From Bilabrum cf. latius (taxonomy: Eukaryota), in the NCBI GenBank assembly GCA_965178125.1, contig OZ237741.1:1-64000 (forward strand): a DNA stretch of 64,000 nucleotides, written 5' to 3'. Under the pieces are notes generated by a model. It did no database searches and had not been told where the DNA came from. It worked only from the letters and a program-made list of their open reading frames with translations. Below are positions 24,101 through 35,700 of this stretch, piece after piece. The position numbers were made by a program, and so were the translations under genes. Numbering within the stretch: position 1 is the stretch's first letter; each line of letters begins with the position of its first letter.

Positions 24101-26279
24101 GTCTGAGCAGCATTGGATGCTGCGTGCTCACACGCACTTCCTTGGGAGTGTCGTTGCAGGCCTGCCCGACAACGGCTACGAGCTGGTGCTTCTGACTTCC
24201 AGAAAACGCTTCACGTGCTTTTTCAATGGAGTCTAATGTCTCCACGGAGACAATGCTGGACCTTGCACCCCCGGCTGTCGCAGACTTAGCCGAGCCGTCA
24301 GACTTGCTGGCGTGGCTCATTCCCAGTGGGTTGAACGCTGCAGTAGCAGAGGAACCTGGTTGCCTGGGCCGCGAGACAATCGTTGCACTGGTACTCGGTG
24401 CCGACTCCTTGCCAATTACTCGGGAAAGAGTTGTGCTGGAATTGCTAACGTGATCTACTAGCGACTTGAACAGCTCACGCATTGCACCAGCTGTGGCGAC
24501 ATCTTGGCGCATCCCACGACCCATAAAGTCATCGTGCGCTGCTACACGGCACGGAGGCAAGCCCTCTGCCGTTGAAACCTGAACGTTACGAACCGCGTGC
24601 TCGCAAGGTGGAGCGCCGCTAGTGCTTGATGGTGCAGTAGAGGATGAAGCCGCTGCTAGCCGACCGCCTCGACCGCTGGTCTCGGCCACTGAGCACTGGA
24701 CTACTTGAGCACACAAACGTCTAAGCTCGTGCCTCCGAGGCTGAATTGTCTTACAGACGCTGTTCATGTTTGCCATCATGCTTGCCTTTCCGGTCTTCTC
24801 GACGTGCGCGGCCGGACCTCTCTGCAGCACCATTGCCGGCCTGCCTGTTTCGGAAGGGAGCTTTCCGTCTTGGCCTGCTCGTGATGCAGATCCTGCAGAT
24901 TCAATCCCTGAGATTTGGCGTGGTTGACCCATAGCTGTCCAAGCCGCGGACTCTGGAGCATCGGACGGAGGGTTGATGGTCAGGCATCGGCCTGCTGCGG
25001 CCTCTGCCCTCTGGAGCGCACCGTCTGAGGTCAGGCGCTCACCGTTGGCGTACCAGTCCCACCCTCGGGCTGTAGGATGGTGTGCAGAGAGTGCTGCCTG
25101 TTGCTGTTGGCCCGTGGCTAGTAGCATGTTGTGAATCAAGGCACCAGCAGCAGAAGCTGGTTCGGCCTCGGTGCTGCTGCGCACTGCCAAAGCCCTACTC
25201 GCCCTGTGCACGTTTGAGCTCTGCGTGCTCATACCCACTTCTGTTGTTTGAGTATTTGGCCTCCAACATAGACCCCTTACTCGAAGTTGTCCTGTCGATG
25301 CACTCATCTTCATGCTTCGGGCAACCGCGGTAGCGGCGAGATCCTCGCTGGATGGGACTGGCTAGCCGCTTGCGGCTGCTGCTTGGCCGACTTGGCTCGT
25401 TGAACTGGCGTATTGCCTGATCTACTGCAGGGATTGTACCAAGCCGTCGTTTAAGGGTAGCACCATTGCTGCCTGCAAGTAAACACCAGACCCCCTTCCG
25501 TCGATTGCTGTGTAGTCCTCGAGCTTGATTTGGAACGGATGCTGATGGGCCGCAGTGCTGCCCTTGGAAGCGACTACGGCAAAAGCCTATTCGCGAATCC
25601 GTGCCATTGCATAGACAGCTGCAGCTCCACGGGCTGCATGTACATGCAGCGCCCACATTGCCTGTCCCATTTCTCTGCTGACACGGCCGAGGCGTCGTAG
25701 GCTCGAGAGGGCCCTTGCACAGCCAGGTGTGCCAAAGTGTAGCTCTACGTGCACGGCTCTCACGCCATATGTGGAGTTGACTGGTCCCATTCGAATATGG
25801 ACGCTGCTGCCAAATTCTGAGCAGACCTTCAGTGGTGTCGTTCGGCTCTGTAGCGAAGCTGCCAGCTCGGCCGCTTGGACTGGGTCGATGTCGGCTGCAC
25901 GTGTTGAGGCAGCCTTGTCATCGCTGACCCCAGAGTCTACTTCTCCAGGCTGTTCAGCCAAGCTTGTGCCGAACGGGCTGTGCTGGCCGGTGGTCCTTTG
26001 ATCGTTTGTGAGCTAGCTGGAGCGCGCCATTCGACTTCCGGGCACCTGCTCGGAACTGCCCAGCAGTGACGCCGCGACAGAGATTGAGCCCTTGAGGGGA
26101 TGCTATGACTCTTTAATAGATGAAGACACCCTCGAAGCAGTCACAGGCTATATACTTGGGCTTGTGCGGGCATTCAACCCTCCCCTGATTGATGATGTGT
26201 GCGCAGCCTGTGTCGACCACGTCGAAGCGGACGACGAGAAAGTTGGCTACATCGCTCCCCCCTGTGAGGTCATAGGCAT
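18121..26279 (-). CDS. Giant intronless orphan gene (~1967 aa reconstructed with TAG=Gln), interrupted by a TIR element at 19061-21313; as it stands it terminates at TGA 21240 (~1679 aa)
   Basis: ORFs 25587-25961, 23316-25313, 22650-23294, 22176-22643, 21939-22166 and 21240-21872 are in one frame, broken only by TAG, and open back to ATG 26279. Removing 2255 bp restores the frame into ORF 18418-18999, which reads on to TAA 18121. Confidence 0.75.
19061..21313. mobile_element. 2.25-kb terminal-inverted-repeat element, apparently non-autonomous or decayed
   Basis: 25-bp perfect TIR CCGTCAGGGGGCTCATTACCGGAAT (19061-19085; reverse complement at 21289-21313). The empty site CGGAACCTTT is seen in sister repeat units. 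TSD is AA, or GGAACC if the TIR is 23 bp. Confidence 0.88.
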
Positions 26280-26311
26280 ACTGTAGAGGGATGTTCTTGT
26301 TATTTGTGGCA

Positions 26312-27289
26312 GGCCTGACGATTAAGAGTCGTCCGCTCTACCGACTGAGCTAAGAGGGCTTGTGGTCATCTATCCGTCACACCATATCCAAATGAAGCTT
26401 GCAGCGCTGATGCTGCCATGCACTGTCGATGTCTTCGCATCGATTCAGAAGGAGTAACGGCCAACGGTAGCGTATTTTGGGCTTTATTTGAAGCTGCTGG
26501 AATAGGAAAACGTCTGCTGCACTTCTCAACTTCAAGCCAGCACCTGCTCTTCAATCGGATCGCAGTAGTTCCGCTACGCCACCGAGACGGCCGCGGCGCC
26601 ACCAGATTCAACTTTCGCGAACCAAGTCCCGACAGCAGCTGACCGCCCTCGCGCGACTTCGGAAACAAGCGGCTAGATCGCTCGCATTCCTCCAGTGCAT
26701 TACGGCGGAATGCGCCGCCTGGCCCGACGAGTTGCTGTGCATGGTGTGTGACAGTGGCGCTCTCGGCTCGGCCGGGTAGCTGGGGCGACTTCGGGCTTGA
26801 CACGGTGCCGCGAGCAAGGGTTTGCGCCAGGCCAGACTCTTGTCTCGCTAGTTTCTGTGCCAGGAAGCGAGCAGGCTCCCGGCTCCGGCGGCGGCGAATT
26901 CGTGCTTCGGCAGCGCGTGGCTCCGTCGGTCGGCAGCGACGGGAGCGCGGTCGTCCCGCTGCCCAGGCGGGACTCGTCTGGCGCTCTCGGCTTCGACGAG
27001 ATCCGATTCAAGCTGCAGGATGACAGCGTCGGAGATCTGCTCGCGCGAGCCGCGGAGCGGCTCGGGGTGGAGGCTGGCAGTTGCGCGGTGCGGTTCGCCT
27101 CGGACGGGTCTCGCGTGGCCCGGAGCTTGCCGCTTCGCCGGCTGCTGCAGGTGGGCTGGAGGCTGGCAGCGGCAGACACGAGCACTGAGTTCACGCCCGC
27201 CCTCCACGTGATCGTCGGCGGGGAGGACGGCTTAGGCGACACATCAGCCCGGCGGCTGCCCGCCACGTTCACCACCGCCGAGCTGCCTC
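26312..27289 (+). pseudogene. 978-bp near-identical duplicate of 28051-29028: tRNA-Lys 5' half (26312-26359, minus strand), MCU upstream region and truncated MCU 5' end
   Basis: Offset 1739 bp; CGA>TGA nonsense change at 26749 (codon 14); homology stops at 27289. Confidence 0.92.
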
Positions 27290-27887
27290 AACCCGCGGGT
27301 GGTCAGACTAGTGGTTACACTCCCTGAAACTGCCCGCGGGACCACACTGTCTGGACAATGTTGATTTTAGTATTGTGCCCGGGTCATAGTTCTGCTAGCA
27401 TGATGTTAATAGCACGATACGGTAGGACGTAGGCGTTCGGGATTAGTTGTGGTAGCGTGAAGTCCGGAAACGCTCCATTGGCCAAGTGGGGCCTACAGCA
27501 TAATGAGTTTGTGGCTTCCCTTGTTCGCTCCGGACCCCCCGATGGTGATCCACGCCCCCATTACGCCCCTTTAAGCAGCCAATTGAATCAGTTTCGGAGG
27601 AATGTGTCACGTTTCGACAATTTAGATATCATTAGGGGATACTCAGCAGGGCCTCTGGCTGCACCGCTCCGGATGGCGTGCTGAACAGCTGCTGGGCTCG
27701 ATTCTGAAGCCACTAAGAGGAGTGGGTGGTAGAAAAGCCGCTGATAGCAATTTGAATGAGTAGTCGGTGCTAAGGGAGAGGATTTCAGGGCTGTCGGCGG
27801 ACACTTATTTGCAGTTTTAGCAGGAGATGTCCGCCTTCGTGCTCGGCAACTTCCGTGCAGTGGCACAGTTTCATACCGCTCTCACCA

Positions 27888-27937
27888 GCGGCCTGACGAT
27901 TAAGAGTCGTCCGCTCTACCGACTGAGCTAAGAGGGC
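27888..27937 (-). pseudogene. tRNA-Lys(CTT) 5' half, second copy (part of a 161-bp tandem duplication)
   Basis: GCCCTCTTAGCTCAGTCGGTAGAGCGGACGACTCTTAATCGTCAGGCCGC followed by non-tRNA sequence. Confidence 0.9.
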
Positions 27938-28048
27938 TTGTGGTCATCTATCCGTCACACCATATCCAAACGAAGCTTGCAGCGCTGATGTCCGCCTTCG
28001 TGCTCAGCGACTTCCGTGCAGTGGCACAGTTTCATACCGCTCTCACCA

Positions 28049-28098
28049 GCGGCCTGACGATTAAGAGTCGTCCGCTCTACCGACTGAGCTAAGAGGGC
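28049..28098 (-). pseudogene. tRNA-Lys(CTT) 5' half, third copy, contiguous with the intact MCU locus
   Basis: Same 50-nt sequence; it overlaps the 3' half at 13849-13862 by 14 bp. Confidence 0.9.
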
Positions 28099-28448
28099 TT
28101 GTGGTCATCTACCCGTTACACCATATCCAAATGAAGCTTGCAGCGCTGATGCTGCCATGCACTGTCGATGTCTTCGCATCGATTCAGAAGGAGTAACGGC
28201 CAACGGTAGCGTATTTTGGGCTTTATTTGAAGCTGCTGGAATAGGAAAACGTCTGCTGCACTTCTCAACTTCAAGCCAGCACCTGCTCTTCAATCGGATC
28301 GCAGTAGTTCCGCTACGCCACCGAGACGGCCGCGGCGCCACCAGATTCAACTTTCGCGAACCAAGTCCCGACAGCAGCTGACCGCCCTCGCGCGACTTCG
28401 GAAACAAGCGGCTAGATCGCTCGCATTCCTCCAGTGCATTACGGCGGA

Positions 28449-30023
28449 ATGCGCCGCCTGGCCCGACGAGTTGCTGTGCATGGTGTGCGACAGTGGCGCT
28501 CTCGGCTCGGCCGGGTAGCTGGGGCGACTTCGGGCTTGACACGGTGCCGCGAGCAAGGGTTTGCGCCAGGCCAGACTCTTGTCTCGCTAGTTTCTGTGCC
28601 AGGAAGCGAGCAGGCTCCCGGCTCCGGCGGCGGCGAATTCGTGCTTCGGCAGCGCGTGGCTCCGTCGGTCGGCAGCGACGGGAGCGCGGTCGTCCCGCTG
28701 CCCAGGCGGGACTCGTCTGGCGCTCTCGGCTTCGACGAGATCCGATTCAAGCTGCAGGATGACAGCGTCGGAGATCTGCTCGCGCGAGCCGCGGAGCGGC
28801 TCGGGGTGGAGGCTGGCAGTTGCGCGGTGCGGTTCGCCTCGGACGGGTCTCGCGTGGCCCGGAGCTTGCCGCTTCGCCGGCTGCTGCAGGTGGGCTGGAG
28901 GCTGGCAGCGGCAGACACGAGCACTGAGTTCACGCCCGCCCTCCACGTGATCGTCGGCGGGGAGGACGGCTTAGGCGACACATCAGCCCGGCGGCTGCCC
29001 GCCACGTTCACCACCGCCGAGCTGCCTCGGGGCTCGGGTGCAGCGCTGGGCTCGATTCGGGGATCAGTGGGAGGAGTGGACGGCCGCGGCGGGGAGGCGG
29101 TGGATGGCGAGCTGCATGCGTATTCGGTGCTAAGGGAGAGGCTTGCGGATCTGTCGGCGGACTCGCACTCGTTGCAGGTGTCTGCCTTCACGGACATGGT
29201 GCGGGCGGTGGCGAGGGAGCATTCGCTCGGGGGCATGCACGGGTCCAGCGCGTCAGCTGGTTCCGCCAGTGGGGTGGAGATCGGGGGGGAGTCCACGGAG
29301 GCCGATGTTCTGCTTGCACAGAGGTGGCTCGAGTGGCTGCAGGCAGAGGGGGTGGTCTACCACAGGCCTCTCTCGAGGGACGATGCCCTGCGGTCCACGC
29401 TCTTCCTCGTGCACGACGAGGCCGAGGTGGTGGTGGCGGGGGGAGGGGAGACGGAGGGAGGGAGGCTGGAGCAGCTGCTGACGGGTGCTCTGGACGTGGA
29501 GGGGCGGGCCCTGCAGGGTAAGATCGACGCCAAGCGAGACGAGCAGCGAGCGCTGGTGGATCAGCTGCAGGGCATGGATGAGCTGGCCGCCTCTCTGGAC
29601 CAGCAGGCCGCGAGAGACCTGTGGCTGCGGGCCCTGGGGACGGGGGGCTTCCTGGTGGCGCAGTATGCCTTCATCTTCCAGCAGGTGTACGTGACCTCCT
29701 GGGACGTGATGGAGCCCATCTGCTACTTTCTGTCCACGGCGTACTCGGTGCTCTTCTTCGGGTTCTTCCTGGCCACCAAGAGGGAGCCGCAGCATGGGAA
29801 CATCTGGCAGCACTTCTTGCAGAAGAGGAGAGCCAAGCTGCTGGAGGCAGCCACTAAAATGACCGTGGAGGCCTTCGAGGCGGAGCGCGAGTCCCTCCAG
29901 CGGCAGATCATGACCCTGCGGACGGAGGAGCAGCTGCTGGACGCGCGGGAGCAGGGGGCCATCCGGGCGGCCGAGGCTATTCGGGCGGCCGAAGACAGGC
30001 TCGGCACGCGAGATTAGAGCTAA
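28449..30023 (+). CDS. MCU: Mitochondrial calcium uniporter
   Basis: Coiled coil-TM-SWDVMEPICYF-TM-coiled coil; Arg-rich presequence. TAG 30015 is followed by AGC TAA, so the true stop is probably TAA 30021-30023. Confidence 0.9.
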
Positions 30024-30172
30024 GAAGCGTAGGTTTGGCGACAGTGAAGCATGTTTGAGCATATATGCACACGCACTTGCATCTGGCGGCCCAGTGGACC
30101 GGCCGAGCTGCTGCATTTCCGGTTTGCGGAGTATCGGTACCCCCGCCACGTCGCCACTCACTACTGTTCATA

Positions 30173-31470
30173 ATGGCAGCAGTAGCAAGCAGCGGCGCTT
30201 CCGGTTCAAAGATCGCTGTGTCTGAGGATCCAGTGAAGCCTCTTGCTGGCACTTTTGGCTCTCTCGACATCGTGAAGGGGCCTCTTGGCCAGCCTGCAGT
30301 GAAGCTCAGCTCCGGGCACGTGATGCCCCTGCTTGGACTTGGAACGTAAGTTTTTGTCTGCTTCTTTTTGGGATCAGGTGTTATTCATGAAATGTTATTT
30401 AACCAGCACTGAACGTCGTGGTTTGGTCGAAGATGTGCTAGAGTCTAGTGTTCTGTTGAGCACCGTGATCAACCTGTTGGCTGCTGCATCCCACAACCGG
30501 CGCCGACAAACTTCATCCGTTTTCAAGGTAGCGCATTCTTTGAAATCAAGTATTTGTATCTTGCAGCTGGCGCTCTGAGCCTGGAGTCGTAGGAAAGTGC
30601 GTGCAGCAAGCTGTGCGGGCCGGATACAGGCATCTCGACTGTGCCCAGATATACGGTAACGAGAAGGAGATCGGGGACGCCCTGCAAGAGCTGTTCAAGG
30701 AGGGCGTGGTGAAGCGGGAGGAGCTTTTCATTACCAGCAAGATCTGGAACACGAACCACAAGCCTGAGCATGTCGAGGCAGCGGCCAAGTCGATCATTGC
30801 TAACCTCCAGTGCGAGTACCTGGACCTCGCTCTGGTGCACTTCCCCATCGCATTCGAGTTCGGTGGAGACGCCACCAAGCCGGGAGTGAGCAAGAAGGAC
30901 GACAAGGGCCGCATCGCGCTGGACGACGAGACCCCCTTGCACGTAACGTGGGGCGCCATGGAGAAGCTGGTCGAGGACGGGCTGGCGAGGTCCATCGGCA
31001 TCTCCAACTACAGCCTCAGGGAGACGAGGGACTGCCTGGCCTACACGAGCAAGACCCCCCCCGCCGTGAACCAGCTGGAGGTGCACGCGCACTTCTCGAG
31101 GAGGAGCCTGGTCGACTACTGCAACGAGAGGGGTGTCTCCGTGACGGCCCACACCCCCCTGGGCGGAGGAGCCGCCAACAAGGAGCTATTCGGGACCGTG
31201 TCTGCGCTGGAGGAGGAGTCCGTGAAGGAGCTGGCCGCCAAGCTGGGTCGGTCCCCCGCTCAAGTGCTGCTCCGCTGGTGCCTGCAGCGCGGCATGGTGG
31301 TCATCCCCAAGAGCACCAAGGAGGCCCGCATCATCGAGAATGGGCAGGTCTTTGACTTTGAGCTGGACGAGGAGGCCATGGCTGCGCTGGACAAGCTGGA
31401 CAAGGGGCCTGGGGCCATGGGCAGGACCAACAAGCCGCACGCATTCTGGGGCTGGGACGTGTTCGCCTGA
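30173..31470 (+). CDS. Aldo-keto reductase; intron 30346-30566
   Basis: MPLLGLGT|W, GYRHLDCAQIYGNE, LFITSKIW, YLDLALVHFP, SIGISNY, VIPKS; GTAAGT..TTGCAG intron; ends TGA. Confidence 0.95.
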
Positions 31471-31797
31471 TGGGGAGGCTGGTTGCACGGGCCCGGTGGG
31501 CCTTACTGTTGGTGCGATTACATGATTTTGTAAGTCTACGGGTTGCCTGGTTGGAGCTTACAGATTCGAAGAAATTGCTGGTCATGCTCAAACTCTGAAC
31601 CTTGCGATAGCACCGGACGGTATTCCTGCCCTCTGCCCAACCCCCCCCCCTCGCTGCCGTCACCCCTGAGGGGCTCTGGTGAATGAGCCAGCGACACGGG
31701 GTGGGAGCGACAGGGAGGCAGGGGACGTCAATACCATACCAAGCGCGGGGCAGAGTGCTGCAAGCCGCGCCGACATGAGCGCGCCAACTAGCAGCAC

Positions 31798-31865
31798 CGC
31801 CTCCATCGGGCCGCGCCCTGCCTCTTTAAATGAGGGTTGTGGGCGCGGCCGTCGTATGGGAGCGC
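31798..31865 (-). promoter_or_regulatory. Putative type II SECIS element in the selenoprotein K 3'UTR
   Basis: Minus strand: ACGAC-GGCCGCGCCC-ACAA-C-CCTC-ATTTAAA-GAGG-CA-GGGCGCGGCC-CGAT. It has a GA/GA core, a perfect 10-bp helix, unpaired AA and an apical ministem. Confidence 0.65.
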
Positions 31866-32071
31866 TTGGTGTTTCGGTGACGCGGAGGCACCAGGCATTG
31901 AGATGCCAGGCACCTTCGCGCGTGCGAAGTTGTGTCCTTAGGAACTATGGCAGGGAGTACGAGCATGATTTGCTGCCACCCTCACGCGAGAAAGCCGAAT
32001 CACCGAACGAGCTGCTTGCAAATAGTTGCAAGACAGCTGCGGCCACGGCGGTTTCTTTACGTGCGGGTGGC

Positions 32072-32555
32072 TTAGCCTCATCCGCCTCCGCCAGCCAGAG
32101 TTGACCTATCTCGCAAATCTCCCACGCCTCTTATGTTTGCTCGACCGGGCCTACCGCCCCCAGAACCGCCACTTGGATCATCATTACTACCTGCTGCCCC
32201 GCTACCTCTGCCAGCACCCCCACCGGCGGCTCTTCGCCAGCTTTGAGGGCGCGGACCTCGGCGTGAGTTTCGATCCAAGGATCCGCCAAAGCCGTGAACA
32301 TTTCCTCTAGATCTCCCCGCATCACACTGCAATTTAATATATTACTGGAATGCGATAAAACGAGCGAGGAATTTCCCCGTAATTTACGGCAAGAACAGCT
32401 CGCAACACCTTGCAGCAACTCACATCGAAAATACTTGTCACGATCACGTACGATACAGAGAAGACTTCCCAGCAAAAAGAGGTTACAGCTGTATAAGCTC
32501 GTTCATGGCACGGTGGTGGTTCGTCGACCACGACACCTCCTTTTAGGCGAGGCAT
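32072..32555 (-). CDS. SELENOK: Selenoprotein K-like protein (Sec at TGA 32078-32080, stop TAA); intron 32327-32423
   Basis: MPRLKGGVVVD..., one hydrophobic segment (FCWEVFSVSYVIVTSIF), G/R/P-rich tail, NIRGVGDL and a GGGG-TGA-G-TAA end; phase-0 GTGAGT..TTGCAG intron. Confidence 0.8.
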
Positions 32556-32734
32556 GGTATGCTTGCGCAACGTTGCAGAACCGGGCCGGGCCCGACCGGT
32601 TGTAACCGCATGATCTCAGTTGTGAAGATGAAGATATTCACGATCGTTTGAACCAAATCTTGTTCGAGGTCTCGCAGAGCCATACACTGGCATCGAAGGG
32701 TTATTTTCCCGGAGCCCATTGAATTATCATGTAG

Positions 32735-35700
32735 ATGAGCACATGGGTTATATTGTGCCCGCCTCTTCGTTACACGGCGGACCCCAAAACGTCGACGCGA
32801 CTTGCCCGAGGACTTGATCCGGATGCTCAGCCAGCAGGCAGTCGGGCGAGCCGCTCCGCTCCGCACGTACTGAGCGGTCACGATATGTATGATATGATTA
32901 TCGGGGGCATTCCGGCGGTGAGTCGAGGCGCTCTGCTGGCAAAGTTGCGCTAGCGTGATTCTCGCACATCAATTTTTGCTGAGCTAAACGCCCTATTTCT
33001 ATTCTGCAGCAAGACCCCAGTGGCCAGCAAAGCAGCGTTCCTTCCATAGCACATGTTGCTCTTCATCCTCGTTTGCACTGGATGGTCACGGACGGGCTGC
33101 TCTCGCCCGGCACGATGCTCAGCAGTATTGCTTTGAGCCAAGGGCCGCAGCTACACATTGAGGTAGAAGGTCAACGGGGCGCATCTGCAGCACTTGCACC
33201 GCCACATCTTCACGAAAGCATTGCCAGCCCAGGCTGGACTCGGCAGATTGTCATAGACCTGAAGGTTGTTGCAAGCAATCCGGTCGCGCCGGCCGAGCCA
33301 GCTGCCCATGCGCCGGGGGACAGCCCCAAGCCAATCGCTAGCTCGAGCTCTGGGTTGCTTGATGGCCCCATCGGGGTGCAGCTGGAGGCCTGCACTGCCC
33401 GGCTACCCCCCCGGGCCCAGGCCATGTACTCCCCGGAGGTGCTCAAGTTGGCGCTCGCTGGGGCCAAGCCTCTCACGGCCCGCCGCAGGTTCTATTTGGA
33501 GCCGTGGAGGGGGTCAGAAGCAGCTGAGCTGCTCCCCGGGATGCACCGTGCTGCACTCGGCTATCTTGAGACCGTCGGTCTGCTGGCCCACATGCGGCCC
33601 GAGGCAGCCGCGGCTGTGCTACGACATCTGCCCACTCTTGCAGACTACTCTGCACGCGGTCGTGCCCGGAAAGGCCGGACGCCCATGTCGCAGCACAACC
33701 AGAGGGTCAGTATGCTGCACGGTCTGTCGTCAGCTGCGGCCCTGAGTGTCCCCGCGACGGTGGAAGGGGGCCATGACTCCTTAGGCAATGGGAACAAAGC
33801 TGGGAGCAGCTCCGGCAAGAGCACCACCTCGAGCAGTGCCGCGTCTGCGGGTGCAGGACACACTGAGCAAGGCGGGTCACCCCATGGGGGATCTTCTTCC
33901 AGTTTTCATCTGCAATGTGGCCGGGCCTCGCTCGCATGCCTGTGGCTGCACCGCAGCTGCGTCTATGCCGGCAATGTGAAGGGCAGGGCGGCTGCAAATG
34001 CCGAGGCAGAGGAATGGGATGAAGGCCAGGGCAAGCAGGCGACAGGTGGGGCGAGCGAAAGGAACGGCACAGGCAGCGGCAGCAGCGGCTCTGCAGGGCG
34101 TGCCTCGAACGCTCTTTCTGGTGCCGCTGCGGTGGCCAGAGTATGCGGGGACGGGCGCTCCCAGGCGGGGGCCCTCCTCGGGTGCATCGCTGCCTCGGAT
34201 CCATACGGGCTCATGGGCGAGAGAAGCCCCTCCCCCGGGGGCATGGGGGCATCTGTGCTCAGGCGTCTGGCTGCATAGGGGGTCAGGCTGCTTGCGGTGC
34301 ACGACTGGCAGCACGTGCTCGTGGGTCGGCTGTGCGCGGTGGGCCCGCTGCGGTGCCTGGAGAAGCCGGACGAGACGGGCGTGATGGCCTGGGCTCAGAC
34401 CATTCGCATCCAGGACCACACGGGAGAGCTGGATGTCGTGCTGTGGAACGGGGCAGCCACGCGGTACGCCCGCGCCTTGCGATCCACCCCGCTTGGCACG
34501 TGTGTCGCCGTGGCAGGTGCCCGCCTTAGCGAGTGGAACGGTGTGCCACGGGCCAACCTGAACGCGTGGAGGGTCCCGGAGGCGGGAGACAGCGCATGGT
34601 TGGCGCCTGGCAAGGATGGCGGCAGCATCGTGCAGCTGCTGCTGCCGCCCGCTCTTGAGGCCACCGGGTACCTGGCCCCTCGGCTGGCACCGCAGTGGGC
34701 CTACCTGTGCCGGACTCGCCCTGACGAGCTCGGCCTGGACGGGGAGGAGGAAGGAGACCAGGCGCTCATGTCGCAGGAGGGGAGAGCCTAGGGAGCAAGG
34801 GCACGCGCTGGCTCCAAGCGCAGTCGAGAGCAGACCAGTGCGGGCGCGGGCCGACTCGCAGCCGCTGCCGTGCTGCAGGTGGCGGCTCGTCTGCCGACCC
34901 CAGCCCTGCGATTCGCGTCGATCAACGAGGCGCGGGCATCCAAGACGGGGGCCTGCATCGACTTCGCGGGCGTGGTAATGCGGGCAGGTGCGCCAGAGTC
35001 CGTCGCAGTCGGCGTGCCTCCAGTGGGCGCAGCAGAAGGGCGAGGCGCGGAGGGGGAAGGCTCCGCTGCGGATCGGCAGGCAGCTTCAGCAATGCTAGTG
35101 CATCAGTTCTCCGAGAGCAGCTTCTTGCTGGGACACCGTAGCAGCAGCAGCGCTGTAGGTTCCTTCAGGGCTGGGCGCGCCGGCGCCCTCGGGTCCGATT
35201 CGGCGGCTGTGGCCGGGACGCAGGCCTTTGACGCGGCGGAGGCGGGGGCAGCCCGCGAGAGGGGCTTCGCTGCTGCTGGTTCCGCCGTGGAGGACGGGTC
35301 GTCCCAGTCCGAAGACTTGGGGGCGCAGGGGCCCTTCGTGACGGTGCAGCGCGTGCTGGTGGCGCAGACGAGGCAGATGGCCCCCGTGGAGATGGTGGTG
35401 GACCTGGCCTGCCTGCAGGCGGGGGAGAGAGGGGACGGGCGGGTGTCGATCCAGGCGGGCGATGCCATCTGCGCGACTCGCGTTGAAGTGCTTGTCATGG
35501 GTAGCCTCGGGACCGGGCAGCAAGACGCTTTGGGTGACAGCCGTCGAGCCATCGTGGTGACTGGTCCCCTCTCCCAGGTGCTGTGCAGTCCTAGGCGGCT
35601 GCTGGAGACAGAGGGATACTCTGGCGACTCGAGGAGCGATGCTTGGCCCAACGTGTGCCCCCGCTCCATGTCCGCTCACGTGCTGCCGCTCATGTAGCCC

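Larger units (their letters stand above)
13863..28048. mobile_element. Island inserted in tRNA-Lys(CTT); right boundary at 26311, 27887 or 28048 (nested ends)
   Basis: Flanked by complementary tRNA halves sharing (GC)GGCCTGACGATT. The interior is repeat-rich, partly AT-richer, and has no intact housekeeping protein gene. No integrase, transposase or RT recognised. Confidence 0.75.

Noticed and set aside
13826-28098. tRNA with a giant intron at 37/38, or trans-spliced split tRNA
   Set aside because: The halves overlap by a duplicated 12-14 bp, there are no complementary leader/trailer sequences, and internal T-runs would terminate Pol III. Insertion is simpler.
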